A DNA stretch of 64,000 bases from the human T2T-CHM13v2.0 reference genome, Homo sapiens: NCBI RefSeq assembly GCF_009914755.1, contig NC_060931.1; one strand, written 5' to 3'. A program made the position numbers and the translations under genes. The notes under the pieces are model-generated. The model made no database searches. It saw only the letters and a program-made list of their open reading frames with translations, and had not been told where the DNA came from. Shown in pieces: positions 29,801 to 44,370 of the stretch (its first letter is position 1; every line of letters begins with the position of its first letter).

Positions 29801-32800
29801 CTTTCTGTTCATTCAGCAGCTTGGAAACACTGTTTTCGTAGAATCTGTGAAGGGATATCTGGGAGGGCATTGAGGCCTATGGTGAAAAAAGGAAATATCT
29901 TCCATTAAAAGGTAGAAAGAAGCTTTCTGGGAAACTGCTATGTAATGTGTGCATTCATCACACAGAGTTAAACCACTGTGGGGATTCAGTAGTTTGCAAA
30001 CACTGTTTTTGTCCATTCTGCAAATAGACATTTGGGAGTTAATTGAGGACAAAGGCAAAAGAGTGAATATCTCAGTATAAAAACTAGAAGAAAACTATCT
30101 GAAAACCCGCTTTATGATGTGTGCATTCATCCAGCAGAGTTAAACCTTTTTTTTCTTTGAACAGTTTGGAAAATCTGTCTTTGTAGAATCTACAAAAATA
30201 TAGCAGGGAGCACATTGAGGCCTATGGTGAAAAAGAAATAAAATCAATGAAAAACTAGAAAGAAGCTTTCTGAGAAACTGCTTTGTGATGTGTGCATTCA
30301 TTTCACAGACTTAAACATTTCTGTGGATTCAGCATTTTTAAACCCTGTGTTTGTCCATTCTGAAAATGGACATTTGGGAGCTCATTGAGGCCAGTGGCCA
30401 AACATTGAATATCCCGTGATAAAAACTAGAAGGAAGCTATCTCAGAAACCACTTTGTGATGTGTGCATTCATCCCTCAGAGTTAAACATTTCTTCTCATT
30501 CAGCAGTTTGGAAACACTGTTTTCCTAGAATCTGCAAAGTGATATATGGGGGTGCATTGAGGTCTATGGTGAAAAAGTAAATCTCTTCAGATAAAAACTA
30601 GAAAGAAGCTTTCTGGGAAAATTCTCCATGATGTGTGAATTCATCTCACAGAGTTAATCATTTCTGTATATTCAGTGGTTTGCAAACACTGTTTTGTCCA
30701 TTCTGTGAATGGATATTTGGGAGCTCTTTATGGTCATTTGTGAAAAAGGGAATATCCCAGGTTAAAAACTAGAGGGAGGCTATTTGAGAAACTGCTTTTC
30801 ATTGTGTGAATTCATCTCACAGAGTTAAAAGTTTCTTTTCATTCAGGAGTTTGCAACACACTGTTTTCGTAGAATCTAGAAAGGGATATCTGGGAGTGCA
30901 TTGAGGCCTATAGTGAGAAAGAAATATCTTCAGATTAAAACTAGAAAGAAGCTATCTGATAAACTGCTTTGTGATGCGTAAATTCATTTCACAGAGTTAA
31001 AAGTTTATTTTCATACATCAGTCTGGAAACACTGTTTTGGCAAAATATGCAAAGGGATATTTGGGAGCACATTGAGGCGTATGGTGAAAAAGGAAATATC
31101 TTCACATAAAAACTAGAAGGAAGCTTTCTGAGAAACTGCTTTGTGACAGGTGCATTCATCTCACAGAGTTTAACATTTCTCTGCATTCAGCAGTTTGGAA
31201 ACACTGTTTTTGTAGAATATGCAAAAGGATATCTGGGAGCTCATTGAAGCCAATGACGAGAAAGAAAACATCCCAGGATAAAAAGTAGAAGGAAGCTATT
31301 TGAGAAACCGCTTTTTGATGTGTGTATTCATCTTGCAGAGGTACACCTTTCTTTTCATTCAGCACCATGGAAACACTGTTTTCATAGAATCTACAAAGGG
31401 ATATCTGGGAGTGCATTGAGGCCTATGGTGAAAAAGAAGTATTTTCAGATAAAAACTAGAATGAAGTTTTCATATAAGCTGCTTTGTGATGTGGGCATTT
31501 ATTTCACAGAGTTAAACCTTTCTGTGAATTCGGCACCTTCAAATCCTGTTTTTGTCCATTCTGAGAATGGACATTTGGGAGCACATCGACGCCAATGGCA
31601 AAAAAGTGAAAATCCCAGGATAAAAAGTAGAAAGAAGCTATCTGAGAAACCACTATGTGATGTGTGCATTCACCTCATAGAGTTAAAACTTTCTTTTCAT
31701 ACAGCTGTCTGGAAACACTGTTTTGGCAGAATCTGCGAAGGGATATTTGAGAGTGTGTTGAGGCTTGCGGTGAAAAAGGAAATATATTCAAATAAAAACT
31801 AGAAAGAATCATTCTGAGAAACTGCTTTGTGAAATGTGCATTCATTTCACATAGTTCAACCTTTCTTATGATTCAGCAGTTTGGAAACACTGTTGCTGTT
31901 GAATCTTTGAGGGGATATTTGGGAGCTCATTGAGGCCAATGGTGAAAAAGTGAATATCCCAGGATAAAAACTAGAAGGAAGCTCTTTGAGAAACTGCTTT
32001 GCGATTTGTACATTCATGTCACAGAATTCAAACATTCTTTTCATTCAGCGGTCTGGAAACAATCTTTTGGCATAATCCACCATGGGATATTTGGGGGCAC
32101 GTTGAGGCCTATGGTGAAAAATGAAATATCTTCAGATAAAAACTGAAAAGAAGATTTCTGAGAAACTACTTTGTGATATGTGAATTCAACACACAGAGTT
32201 CAACCTTCTGTGGAATCAGCAGTTTGGAAATACTGTTGCTGAATTTCTGAAGGGATATTTGGAAGCTAATTGAGACCAATGGCAAAAAAGGAAATATCCC
32301 AGGATAAAAACTAGAAGGAATCTATCTGAGAAACGGCTTTGGGATCTGTGCATTCATCTCACAGAGTTATATCTTTGTTTTCATTCAGCAGTTTGGAAAC
32401 ACCGTTTTCATAGAATCTGCTAAGGGATATCTGGTAGCACATTGAGGCCTCTGGTGAAAAAAGTATTATCTTCAGTTAAAACTAGGAGGAAGCTTTCTGA
32501 GAAATTGCTTTGTGATGTTTGCATTCTTCTCACAGAGTTCAACATTTCTGTGGATTCAGTAGTTTCCAAAACTCTTTTTGTCCATTCTGTGAATGGAGAT
32601 TTGGGAGCTCTTTGAGGTCAAAGGTGTAAAAGCGAATATACCAGGATGAAAATTAGAAGGAATTTATTTGAGAAACCGCCTTGTGATGTGTGCATAAATC
32701 TCACAGAGTTAAAGCTTTTTTTTTTTTCATTCAGTAGTTTAGGAACACAGTTTTTTTAGATTCTGTGAAGGGATATCAGGAAGCACATTGAGTCCTGTGG

Positions 32801-35800
32801 TGAAAAAGGGAATATCTTCAAGTAAAAACTTGCAGGAAGTTTTCTGAGAAACTGCTTTGTGATGTGTGCCTTTATCTCACAGAGTTGAATCTTTCTTTGG
32901 ATTCAGCAGTTTGGAAACACTGTTGCTGTAGAATCTGTGAAGGAATATTTGGGAGCTCATTGAAGCCAATGCCAAAAAAGTGAATTTCCCAGGAGAAAAC
33001 ACCAGAAGGAAGCTATGTGAGAAACAGCTTTGGGATGTGTGTATTCCTCTCACAGAGTTAAACCTTTGTATTCATTGAGCAGTTTGGAAACACTGTTTTC
33101 ATAGAATCTGCTAAAGGATATCTGGTAGCTCATTGAAGCCTATGGTGAAAAAGATAATACCTTCAGATAAAAACTAGAAAGAAGGTTTGTGAGAAACTGC
33201 TTTGTGATGTGTACATTCACTTCACAGAGTTAAACCTTTCCTGGGATTCAGCCATTTGCAAGCACTGTTTTTGTCCATTCTGCAAATGGACATTTGGGAG
33301 CTCATTGAGGCAAATGGTGAAAAAGCAAACAACTTCCTTCTAGATAAAATCTAGAAGGAAGATGTCTGAGAAACTGCTTGGTGATGTGTACATTCACCTC
33401 AGACAGATAAGCCTTTCCTTTCATTCGGCTGTCTGGAAGACCTGTTTAGGCAGAATCCCAGGAAGGGATATTTAGGAGTGCATTGAGGCCTACAGTGAAA
33501 AAGTAAATATTTTCAGTTAAAAAACAGAAAGATGCCTTCTGAGAAACTTTTTTGGTATGTGTGCATTTATCTCACAGAGGTAAGCCTTTCTTTGAATTCA
33601 GTAGTTTGGAAACACTGTTATTTTAGAACCTGCGAAGGGATATTTGGGAGCTTAATGAGGACAAAGGTGAGAAAGCGAATATCCCAGGTAAAAAACTAAA
33701 AGGAAGCTATCTGAGAAACCGCATTGCGTTATGTGCATTCATCTTACTGAGGTAAACCTTTCATTTTCTTCAGCAGTTTGGAAACACTGTCTTTGTAAAA
33801 TCCACGAAGTTATATTTGGGAGATCATTGAGGATTATGGTGAAAAACGAAATATCTTCAGATAATAAGTAGAAAGAAGCTTTCTGAGAAACCACTTTGTG
33901 ATATGTGCATTCATCTCAAGGAGTTAAATTTTTCTGTGGATTCAACAGTTCACAAACACTTTTTCTGTCCATTCTGCAAATGGACATTTGGGAGCTCATT
34001 GAGGCCAATGGTTAAAAAAATGAATATCCCAGGATGAAAACTAGAAGGAAGCACTTTGAGAAACTGCTTAGTGATGTGTGCATTCACCATGCAGAGATAA
34101 ACCTTTCTTTTCATCCAGCAATCTGGAAACACTGTTATGGCAGAATCCACAAAGGGGTATTTGGGAGCACATAGAGGCCTATGGTGAAAAATGAAGTATC
34201 TTCAGCTAAAACCTAGAAAGATGCTTTCTGAGAAACTGCTTTGTGATGTGTGCATTCACCTCAAAGAGTTAACCTTTTGTTTGGATACAGCAATTTGAAA
34301 ACCCTGTTGTTGTAGAATCTGCAAAGTGATATTTGGGAGCTTAATGAGGCCAAATGGGAAAAACAGAATATCCCAGGATAAAAACTAGAAGGAAGATATC
34401 TGACAAACCACTTTGTGATATGAGCATTCATCTCACAGAATTAATTTCTTTTTTTCAGTCAGCAGTTTGCAAACACTGTTTTGTCCATTCTGTGAAGGGA
34501 TATTTGGGAGTGCATTGAAGCCTAAGGTGAAAAAGGAAATGTCTTCAGAAGAAAACTAGAAAGAAGCTTTTGGAGAAACTGCTTTGTGATGTGTGCATTC
34601 ATCTCAGAGAGTTAAAACTTTCTGTGGATTCTGCAGTTTGCAAACCCTGTTTTTGTCCACTCTGCAAGTGGACATTTGGGAGCTCATTTAGGCCAATGGA
34701 GAGAAATTGAATATCCCAGGTTAAAAACTAGAAGGAAGCTATGTGAGAAATAGCTTTGTGATGTGTGCATTCAACTCTCAGAGTTAAAGCCTACTTTTCA
34801 TTCAGCAGTCTGGAAACACTGTTTTGGCAGAATCTGTGAAGGGATATTTGGGAGCGCATTGAGTCCCATGGTGAAAAAGGAAACATCTTCAGATAAAAAC
34901 AAGAAAGAATCTTTCTGAGAACCTGCTTTGTGGTGTGTGTATTCACCTCACAGAGTTAAACATTTCTGTGGGTTCAGCAGTTTGCAGACACTGTTTTTGT
35001 TTATTCTGTGAAAGGATATGAGAAAACACATTGAGGTCAATGGCAAAAAAGTGAATATCTCAGGACAAAAACTAGAAAGAAACTATCTGAGAAACGTTTT
35101 GTGATGTATGCCTTCACTTCACAGAGTTAGAAGTTTCTTTACATGCAGCAGTCTGGAAACACTGTTTTGGCAGAATCTGTGCAGGGATATTTAGGTGTAC
35201 CTAGAGGCTTATTGTAAAATAGGAAATATCTTCAGATATAAAGTAGAAAGAACCTTTCTGAGAAACTATTTTGTGATGTGTGCATTCGCCTTACAGAGTT
35301 AAACCTTTCTTTGGATTGAGCAATTTGGAAACACTGTTTTTGTAGAATATGCGAAGGTATATTTGGGAGCTTAATGAGGCCAAAGGCTAAAAACCGAATA
35401 TTCCCAGACAAAAACTAGAAGGAAGCTATTTTAGAAACTTCTTTGCGTTGTGTGCATTCATCTCTCAAGGTTAAAACATTCTTTTCATTCAGCAGTTGAG
35501 AAACACTGTTTTTGTAGAATCTGCAAAGACATATCTGGGAGCTCATTGAGGCCTATGGTAGAAAAGGAAATACCTTCAGACAAAAACTAGAGGAAGCTTT
35601 CTACAAAACTGCATTATGATATGTGCCTCCATCTCACAGAAATAAACATTTCTCTGGATTCAGCAGTTTGCAGACACTGTTTTTGTCTTTTCTGCGACTG
35701 GACATTTGGGAGCTCTTTGAGACCAATGGTGAAAAAGCAAATATCCCAGCATAAAAACCAGAAGGAAACTATTTGAGGAACTGCTTTGTGATGTGTGCAT

Positions 35801-38800
35801 TCGTCTCACAGAGTTAAACCTTTCTTTTCATTGAGCAGTCTAGAAACACTGTTTTGGCAGAATCCACAAAGGGATATTTAGGAGTGTATAGAAGCCTATG
35901 GTGAAAAAGTTAGTATCTACAGATAAAAAATAGAAAGAAACTTTCTGAGAAACTACTTTGTGATGTGGGCATTCATGTCACAGAGTTCAACCTCTCTTTA
36001 GGTTCAGCAGTTTGGAAACACTGTTGTTTTAGAATCTGAGAAGGGATATTTGGGATCTTATTGAGACCAAAGGTGAAAAACCGAGTATCCCAGGACAAAA
36101 ATTAGAAGGAAGCTATCTGAGAAACGGCTTTGTGATGTGTGCATTCATCTCTCAGAATTGAAATATCCTTTTCATTCAGCAGTTTGGAAACACTGTTTTT
36201 GTAGAATCTGCAAAGGCATATCTTGGAGCACGTTGAGGCCTGTGGTGAGAAAGGAAATATCCTCAGATATAAACTAGAAAGAAGCTTTCTAAGAAACTGC
36301 TTTGTAATGTGTGACTTCATCTCTCAGAGTTAAACAATTCTGTGGATTCAGCAGTTCACAAACACTGTTTTTGTCCATTCAGCGAATGGATATTTGGGAG
36401 CTCCTTGAAGCCAATGGCAAAAAAGAAAATACCCCAGGATAAAAACCAGAAGGAAACTATCTCAGATACTGCTTTGTGATGTGTGCATTCATCTCTCAGA
36501 GATAAACTTTTCTTCTCATTCAGCAGTCTGGAAACACTGTTTAGGCAGAATTTGTGAAGGGATATTTCAGAGCATATAAAAGCCTATGGTGAAAAGGGAA
36601 TATCTTTAGATAAAAACTAGAAATGAGCTTTCTGAGAAACTGCCTTTTGATGTATGCATTCATCTCACAGACTTTAAATTTCTGTGGATTCAGCAGTTTG
36701 CAAAAACGTTTTTGTCCATTCTGCAAGTGGACAGTATTGAGATCATTGAGACCAATGGCAGAAAAGAAAATATACCAAGATAAAAACTAGAAGGGAGCTC
36801 TTTGAGAAGCCACTTTGTGATGTGTGCATTCATCTCACAGAGTTAAGCCATTATTTTCATCCAGCAGTTTGGAAACTCTGTTTTTGTAGAATCTGTGAAG
36901 GGATATCTGGGAGCTTATTGAGGCCCATGGTGAAAAAGTAAATATCTTCAGATAAAAACTAGAAAGAAGCTTTCTGAAAAACTTCTTTGTGATGTGTGCA
37001 TTAACCTTACACAGTTAAACCTTTCTGTGGATTCAGCAGTTAGCAAAAACTGTTTTTCTCCATTCTGTGATTGGACATTTGGGAGCTCATTGAGGCCAAA
37101 CATGAAAAAGCAAATAAGCCAGGAGTAAAACTGGCAGCAAGCTATCTGAGAAACCCCTTTGTGATGTGTGCATTCAGCTCACAGAGATAAACATTTCTTT
37201 TCATTCAGCAGTCTGGAAACATGGTTTTGGCAGAATCCGTGAAGGGATATTTGGGAGCACATTGAGGCCTATGGTGAAAAAGGAAATATATTCAGATAAA
37301 AACTACAAAGAACCTTTATGAGAAACTGCTTTGTGATGTGTGTATTCATCTCAAAGAGTCAACACTTTGTTTTCCTTCAACAGTTTAGAACCACTGTTTA
37401 CCTAGACTGCGAAGTGATATTTGGGAGCTTATTGAGACCTATGGTGAAAAAGGAAATCTCTTCAGATAAAAACAAGAAAGAAGCTTTCTGAGAAACTGCT
37501 TTGTGATGTGTGCATTTATCTCACAGAGTTAATCCTTTCTGTGTATTCAGTAGTTTGCAAACACTGTTTCTCCATTCTGTTAATGGATATATGGGAGCTC
37601 TTTCAGGTCAGTGGTGAAAAAGTGAATATCCGTGGATAAAAACTAGAAGGAAGCTATTTAAGAAAATGCTTTTTTATTTGTGCTTTCATCTCACAGAGTT
37701 AAACCTTTATTTTCATTCCACTGTTTGGAAACACTGTTTTCATAGAATCTACAAACGGATATCTAGGAGTGCATTGAGACCTATGATGAAAAAGGAAATA
37801 TCTTCAGATAAAAACTAGAAAGAAGCTTCCTGAGAAACTGCTTTGTGATGTGTTCATTCATCTCCCAGAGTTAAAACTTTCTGTGGATTCAGCAGTTTGC
37901 AAACTGCAAATGGACAATTGGGAGCTCACTGAGTCCAATGGCGAAAAGGCAAATATCCAAGGATAAAAACTAGAAAGAAGCTATATGAGACAACACTTTG
38001 TGATGTGTGCATTCACCTCAGAGAGTTCATAAAGAAGTCTGGAAACACTTTTTTGGCAGAATCCACAAAGGGATATTTGGAAGCGCATTGAGGTCTATGG
38101 TCAAAAAGGAAATATCTTCAGATAAAAACTAAAAAGAAGATTTCTGAGAAGCTGATTTGTGATGTGTGCATTCACATCACAGAGTTAAAACTTTCTGTGG
38201 ATTCAAAGATTTTGAAACACTGTTGTTGTAGAATCTGTGAATGGACATTTGAGAGCTCATTGATGTCATTGGCAGAACAGTGAATATTCCAGGTTAAAAA
38301 CTAGAAGCAAGCTATTTGAGAAACCGTTTTGTGATGTGCATATTCATCTCACAGAGTTAACACAGTGTAATCAGCAGTTTGGAAACACTGTTTTTGTTCA
38401 TTCTGCCATTGGACACATGGGAGCTCACTGAGGCCAATGGCGAAAAAGCAAATATCCCAGAATAAAAATTGGAAGGAAGCTATCTGAGCAACCCCTTTGT
38501 GAGGTGTGCATTCATCTTGCAGAGATAAACCTTTTCATTCTGCTATCTGGAAATACTGTTTTGGCAGAATCTGCAAAGGGATATTTGGAAGCGCATATAG
38601 GTCTATGGTGAAAAAGGAAATATCTTCAGATAAAAACTAGAAAGAAGCTTTGTGAGAAACTGATTTGTGATGTTCATATTCATCTCACAGAGTTAACCCT
38701 TTCTTTTCATTCAGCAGTGTAGAAACTCTTTTTAGGTAGAATCCATGAAGGGATACTTGGGATCACATTGAGGCCTACGTTGAAAAAAAAATGTTTTCAC

Positions 38801-41800
38801 ATAAAAACAAGAAAGAAGCTTTCTGAGTAACTGAGTGTGATGTGTGCATTCATCTCACAGAGTGAAACCTTTTTTTTGTTGTTTCAGCAGTTTGGAAACA
38901 ATATTGTTGTTGAATCCGTGAAGGGATATTTGGGAGCTCATTAAGGCAATTTTGAAAAAGTGAATATCCCTGGATAAAAAATAGAATGAAGCATTAGAGA
39001 AACGGCTTTGTGATGTGTGCATTCATCCCATAGAGTTAAAACTTTCTTTTCATTCCGCAGTCTGGAAACAATCTTTTGACAGAACCCACAAGGGGATACT
39101 TGGGAGCACATTGAGGTCTATGGTGAAAAAGGAACTATCTTCAGATAAAAACTAGAAAGAAGCTTTCTGAGAATCTACTTTGTGATGTGTGCATTCATCT
39201 CACAGATTTAAACCTTTCTGTGGAATCAGCAGTTTGGAAACACTGTTTTTGTCCTTTCTGTGAATGAACATTTGGGAGTTCATTCAGGCCAATGGTGAAA
39301 AAGTGAATAACTCAGGATAAACACTAATAGGAAGCTCTCTGAGAAACCTCTCTGTGATGTGCACATTGGCAGACATAAACTTTTTTAGGTAGAATCCATG
39401 GAGGGATATTTTGGATCACATTGAAGCCTACGTTGAAAAACGAAACATTTACAGATGAAAACTAGAAAGAAGCTTTCTGAGAAACTGTTTTGTGATGTGT
39501 TCATTAACCTCACAGAGTTAAACCTTTCTTTATATTCAGCAGTTTGGAAACACTGTTTTGCCAGAATCTGTACAGCTATAAGCATGCATTGAGGCCTATG
39601 GTGAAAAAGGAAATATCCTCAGATGAAAACTAGAAAGAAGTTTTCTGAGAAACTACTTTCAGATGTGTGCATTCATCTCACAGAGTTAAATCTTTCTGTG
39701 GATTGAGCAGTTTGGAAACACTGTTGTTGTAGAATCTTCAAAGGGATATTTGGGAGCACATTGAGGCCATTCATGAAAAGGAGAATATCCCAGGGTAAAA
39801 ACTAGAAGGATGCTCTTTGAGAAACCACTTTGTGATGTGTGCATTCACCTCACAGAATTAAGCAATTCTTTTCATTCAGCAGTTTGGTAACAGTTTTCAT
39901 AGAATCTGCGAAGTGTTATCTGTGAGTGCATTAAGTCCTATGGCAAAAAAGGAAATATCTTCAGATAAAAACTAGAAAGAAGCTTTCTGAGAAACTGTTT
40001 TGTGATGTGTGCATTCACCTCACAGAGTTAATTCTTTCTGTGGATTCAGCAGTTTGCAAACACTGTCTTTGTCCATTCTGCGAATGGACATTTGGGGGCT
40101 CTTTGAGGCCAATGGTGAAAATGTGAATATCCCAGGATAAAAACTAGAAGGAAGCTCTTTGGGAAACAACTTTGTGATGTGTACATTAACCTCATAGAAT
40201 TAAAGCTTTCTTTTCATTCTGCAGTTTGAAAACTCTGTTTTTGTAGAATCCACGAAGGCATATCTGGGAGCACATTGAGGCCTATGGAGAAAAAAAATAT
40301 CCTCAGATAAAAACTAGAAAGAAACTTTCTATGAAAGCTCTTTGTGATGTGGGCATTCATCTCAGAATTAAACATTTCTGTGAATTCAGCAGTATGCAAA
40401 CACTGTTTTTCTCCAGTCTGCAAAAGGACATTTTGGTGCTTCTTGAGGCCAATGGTGAAAAAGTGAATATCCCAGGATAAAAACCAGAAGGAAACTGTCT
40501 CAGAAACTGCCTTGTGAAGTATGCATTCACCTCGCAGAGATAAACTTTTCTTTGCATTCAGCAATCTGGAAACACTGTTTTGGCAGAACCTGTGAAGCAA
40601 TATTTGGGAGTGCACTGAAGCCTATGGTGAAAAAGGAATTATCTTCAGATAAAAACTAGAAAGAAGGTTTCTGAGAAACCGCTTTGTGATGTGTGCATTC
40701 ACCTCACAGAGTTAAACTTTCTGTGGATTCAGCAGTTGGCAAACACTGTTTTTGTCCATTCTGTGAATGGACATTTGGGAGCCCATTGAGGCCAATGGTA
40801 AAATAGTAAAATTCTCAGCACAAAAACTAGAAAGAAGCTATCTGAGAAACTGCTTTGTGATGTGTACATTCACCTCATGGGGACAAACCTTTCTTTTCAT
40901 TCAGCAGTTAGGAAACACTATATTTGTAGAATCTGCAAAGTTATATTTATGAGCATATTGAGGACTATGGTTAAAAAGGAACTGTCTTCAGTTCAAAACT
41001 AGAAAGAAGCTTTCTGAGAAAGTGCTTAGTGATCTGTGCATTCATCTCACAGAGTTAATCCTTTCTGTGGATTCAGCAGTTTGCAAACACTGTTTATGCC
41101 CATTCCACAAGTGGACATTTGGGAGCTCATTTAAACCAATGGCAAAAAAGTGAATATACTAGGATAAATACTAGAAAGAAGCTCTTTGAGAAACCAATTT
41201 GTGATGTGGGCATTGATCTCACAGGGTTAAATCTTTCTTTTCATTCAGCAGTTTGGAAACTGTTTTCGTAGAATCTACGAAGTGATATTTGGGAGTATAT
41301 TGAGGCCTATGGTGTAAAAGGAAATATCTTCAGATAAAAACTATGAAGTAGCTTTCAGAGAAACTGCTTTGTGATGTGTGCATTCCTTTCACAAAGTTAA
41401 ACTTTTCTGCAGATTCAGCAGTTTGCAAGCACTGTTGTTGTAGAATCTGTGAAGGGATATTAGGGAGGTCATTGAGGCCAATGGTGAAAAAAAGAATATC
41501 CCAGGATAAAAACCAGAAGGAAGCTATCTGACAAACTGCTTTGTGATGTGGGCATTTGCCTCACAGAGCTAAACCTTTATTTTCATTCAACAGTTTGGAA
41601 ACAGAGTTTTTGTAGAACCTGCTAAGTGATATCTGGGAATGCTTTGAGGCCTATGGTGAAAAAGGAAATATCATCAGGTAAAAACTACAAAGAAGCTTTC
41701 TGAGAAACTGCTTTGTGATGTGTGCATTCATCTCACAGAGCTAAAACCTTGCTTTGGATTCCCCAGTTTGGAAAGACTGTTTTTGTAGAATCTTTGAAGG

Positions 41801-44370
41801 GATATTTGGGAGCTCAGTGAGGCCAATGGCGAAAAAGTGAATATCCCAGGTTAAAAACTAGAAGGAAGCTATTTGAGAAACGGCTGTGTGAAATGTGCAT
41901 TCATCTGGCAGAGGTAAATTGCTTTTTCATTAAACAGTTTGGAAACCCTGTTTTTGGAGAACCTGCAAAGGGATGTCTGGGAGTGAATTGAGTCCTACAG
42001 TGAAAAATGAAGTATCTTCAGATAAAAACTGTAAAGAAGCTTTCTAAGAAACTGCTTTGTGATGTTTGCATTCATCTCATAGAGTTAAAATTTACTGTGG
42101 ATTAAGCAGTTTTCAAAAACTGTTTTTGTCCATTCTGTGAATAGACATTTGGGAGTTCATTGAGGGCAATGGCAAAAGGTGACTATCCCACTAATAAAAA
42201 CTAGAAGGAAGATATCTGAGAAACTGCTTTGTGATGTGTGCATTCATCTCTCAGATAAAAACCTTTCTTTTAATTCTGCAGTCTGGATACACTGTTCTGG
42301 CAGAATCTGAGAAGGGATTTTTGGGAGTGCATTGAGGCCTATGATGAAAAAGGATATATCTTCAAATAAAAACTAGATATAAGTTTTAAGAGTAACAGCT
42401 TTGTGATGTCTGATTTCATCTCACAGAGTTAAACCTATCTTTAGATTCAGCTTTTTGGAATCACAGTTGTTGTAGAATTTGAAAAGGGAGATTTGGGAGC
42501 TTAATGAGGTCAATGGTGAAAAAGTGAATATCCCAAGATAAAAACTAGTAGGGAACGTGAAAAAGTGAATATCCCAAGATAAAAACTAGTAGGGAACTAT
42601 CTAAGAAACTGCTTTGTGGCATGTGCATTCATCTGTCAAAATTAAACCTTTCTCCTCATTCAGCATTTTCAAAACAGTGTTTTTGTAGAATGTGTGAAGT
42701 GATATCTGGGAGCACATTGAGGCCTATGGTAAAAAAGGAAATATCTTCAGAGAAAAACTAGAAAAATGCTTTCTGAGAAACTGCTTTGTGATGGGTGCCC
42801 TCTTCTCACAGAGGTAAACCTTTCTTTGGATTCAACAGTATGGAAATACTGTTGTTCTAGGATCTACAATGGGATATTTGGGAGTCTAATGATGCCAAAA
42901 GTTAAAAACAGAACATCTCAGGAGAAACACTAGAAGGAAACTATCTGAGAAACCGCTTTGTGATGTGTACATTCGTCAGAGATAAAACATACTTTCCATT
43001 CAGCAGTATGGAAACTCTGTTTTTGTAGAATCTACGAAGTTACATTTGGGATCGCATAGATGCCTATGGTGAAAAAGGAAATATCTTCAGATGGAAACTA
43101 GAAAGAATCTTTCTGAGAAACCACTTTGTGGTGTGTTCATTTATCTCACAGAGTTAAAACTTTCTGTGGATTCAGCAGTTTGCAAATAGTATTTTTGTCC
43201 ATTCTGCAAATGAACATTTGAGAGCTCATTGAAGCCAAATGCAAAAAAGCAAATATTCCAGGATAAATACTAGAAAGAAGCTATTTGACAAAATGCTTTG
43301 TGATGTGTGCATTCATGTTGTAGAGTTAAAACTTTATTTTCATTCAGCAGTCTGAAAAAATTGCTTTGCAGAATCCATGGAGGGCTATCTGGGAGTGCAT
43401 TGAGGCCTATAGTGAAAAAGGAAATGTCTTCAGGAGAAAAACTAGAAAGAAGATTTTTGAAAAATTGCTTCATGATGTGTGCATTCATCTCACAGAGTTC
43501 AAACTTTATGTGCATTCAGTAGTTTGCAAACACTATTTTTTTCCATTCTGTGAATGGGCATTTGGGAGCTCTTTGAGGTCAATGGGGAAAGAGCAAATAT
43601 CCCAGGATAAAAAGTAGAAGTAAGCTCTTTGATAAACCACTTTGTGATGTGTGCATTCATCTCACATAGTTAAAATTTTTTTTCATTCAGCAGTTTTGAA
43701 ACACTGTTTTCATAGATTCTGCAAAGGGATATCTGGGAGTGCATTGAGGCCTATGTAGAAAAAGAAATATCTTCGGACAAAAACTAGAAAGAAGTTTTCT
43801 GAGAAATTGCTGTGTGATGTGTGCATTCACCTCACAGGTTTAAAACTTTCTGTGGATTCAGCTGTTTGCAAAAACTGTTTTGCCCATTCTGTGAATGGAC
43901 ATTTGGGAGTTCATTGAGGGCAATTGCAAAAAAAGTGAATATCATAGGATAAAAACTAGAAGGATACTATCTGAGAAAACACTTTGTGATGTGAATTCAC
44001 CTCACAGTGATAAACCTTTCTTTCATTCACCAGTCTGGAAATACTGTTTTGCCAGAATCTGTGAAGGGATATTTGGGAACGCATTGAGGCCTTTGGTGAA
44101 AAAAGAAATATCTTCAGATAAAAACTAGAAGGAAGCTTTCTAGAAACTACTTACTGATATGCAAATTCATCTCACAGAGTTAAACCTTTCTTTTCATTCA
44201 GCAGTTTGCAAACTGTTTTTTTCCATTCTGTGAATGGACATTTGGGAGCTCATTGAGGCCAAAGGCCAAAAAGTGAAAATCCCAGGATAAAACCTAGAAA
44301 GAGTCTATCTAAGAGACCGCTTTGAGATGTGTGCATTCATCTCCCAGATTTAAAAAGTTCTTTTCATACA
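14852..44370 (+). repeat. Alpha satellite, long divergent dimeric array with relic tetramer substructure
   Basis: Continuous ~171-bp units with A/B alternation, scattered deletions and recurring four-monomer variants. Confidence 0.97.
42516..42597 (+). repeat. Perfect 41-bp tandem duplication inside a monomer
   Basis: GTGAAAAAGTGAATATCCCAAGATAAAAACTAGTAGGGAAC occurs twice (42516-42556 and 42557-42597). Confidence 0.95.

Noticed and set aside
39428-39445. CTACGTTGAAAAACGAAA resembling a CENP-B box
   Set aside because: Lacks the required TTCG and CGGG; it is a mutated A-box.
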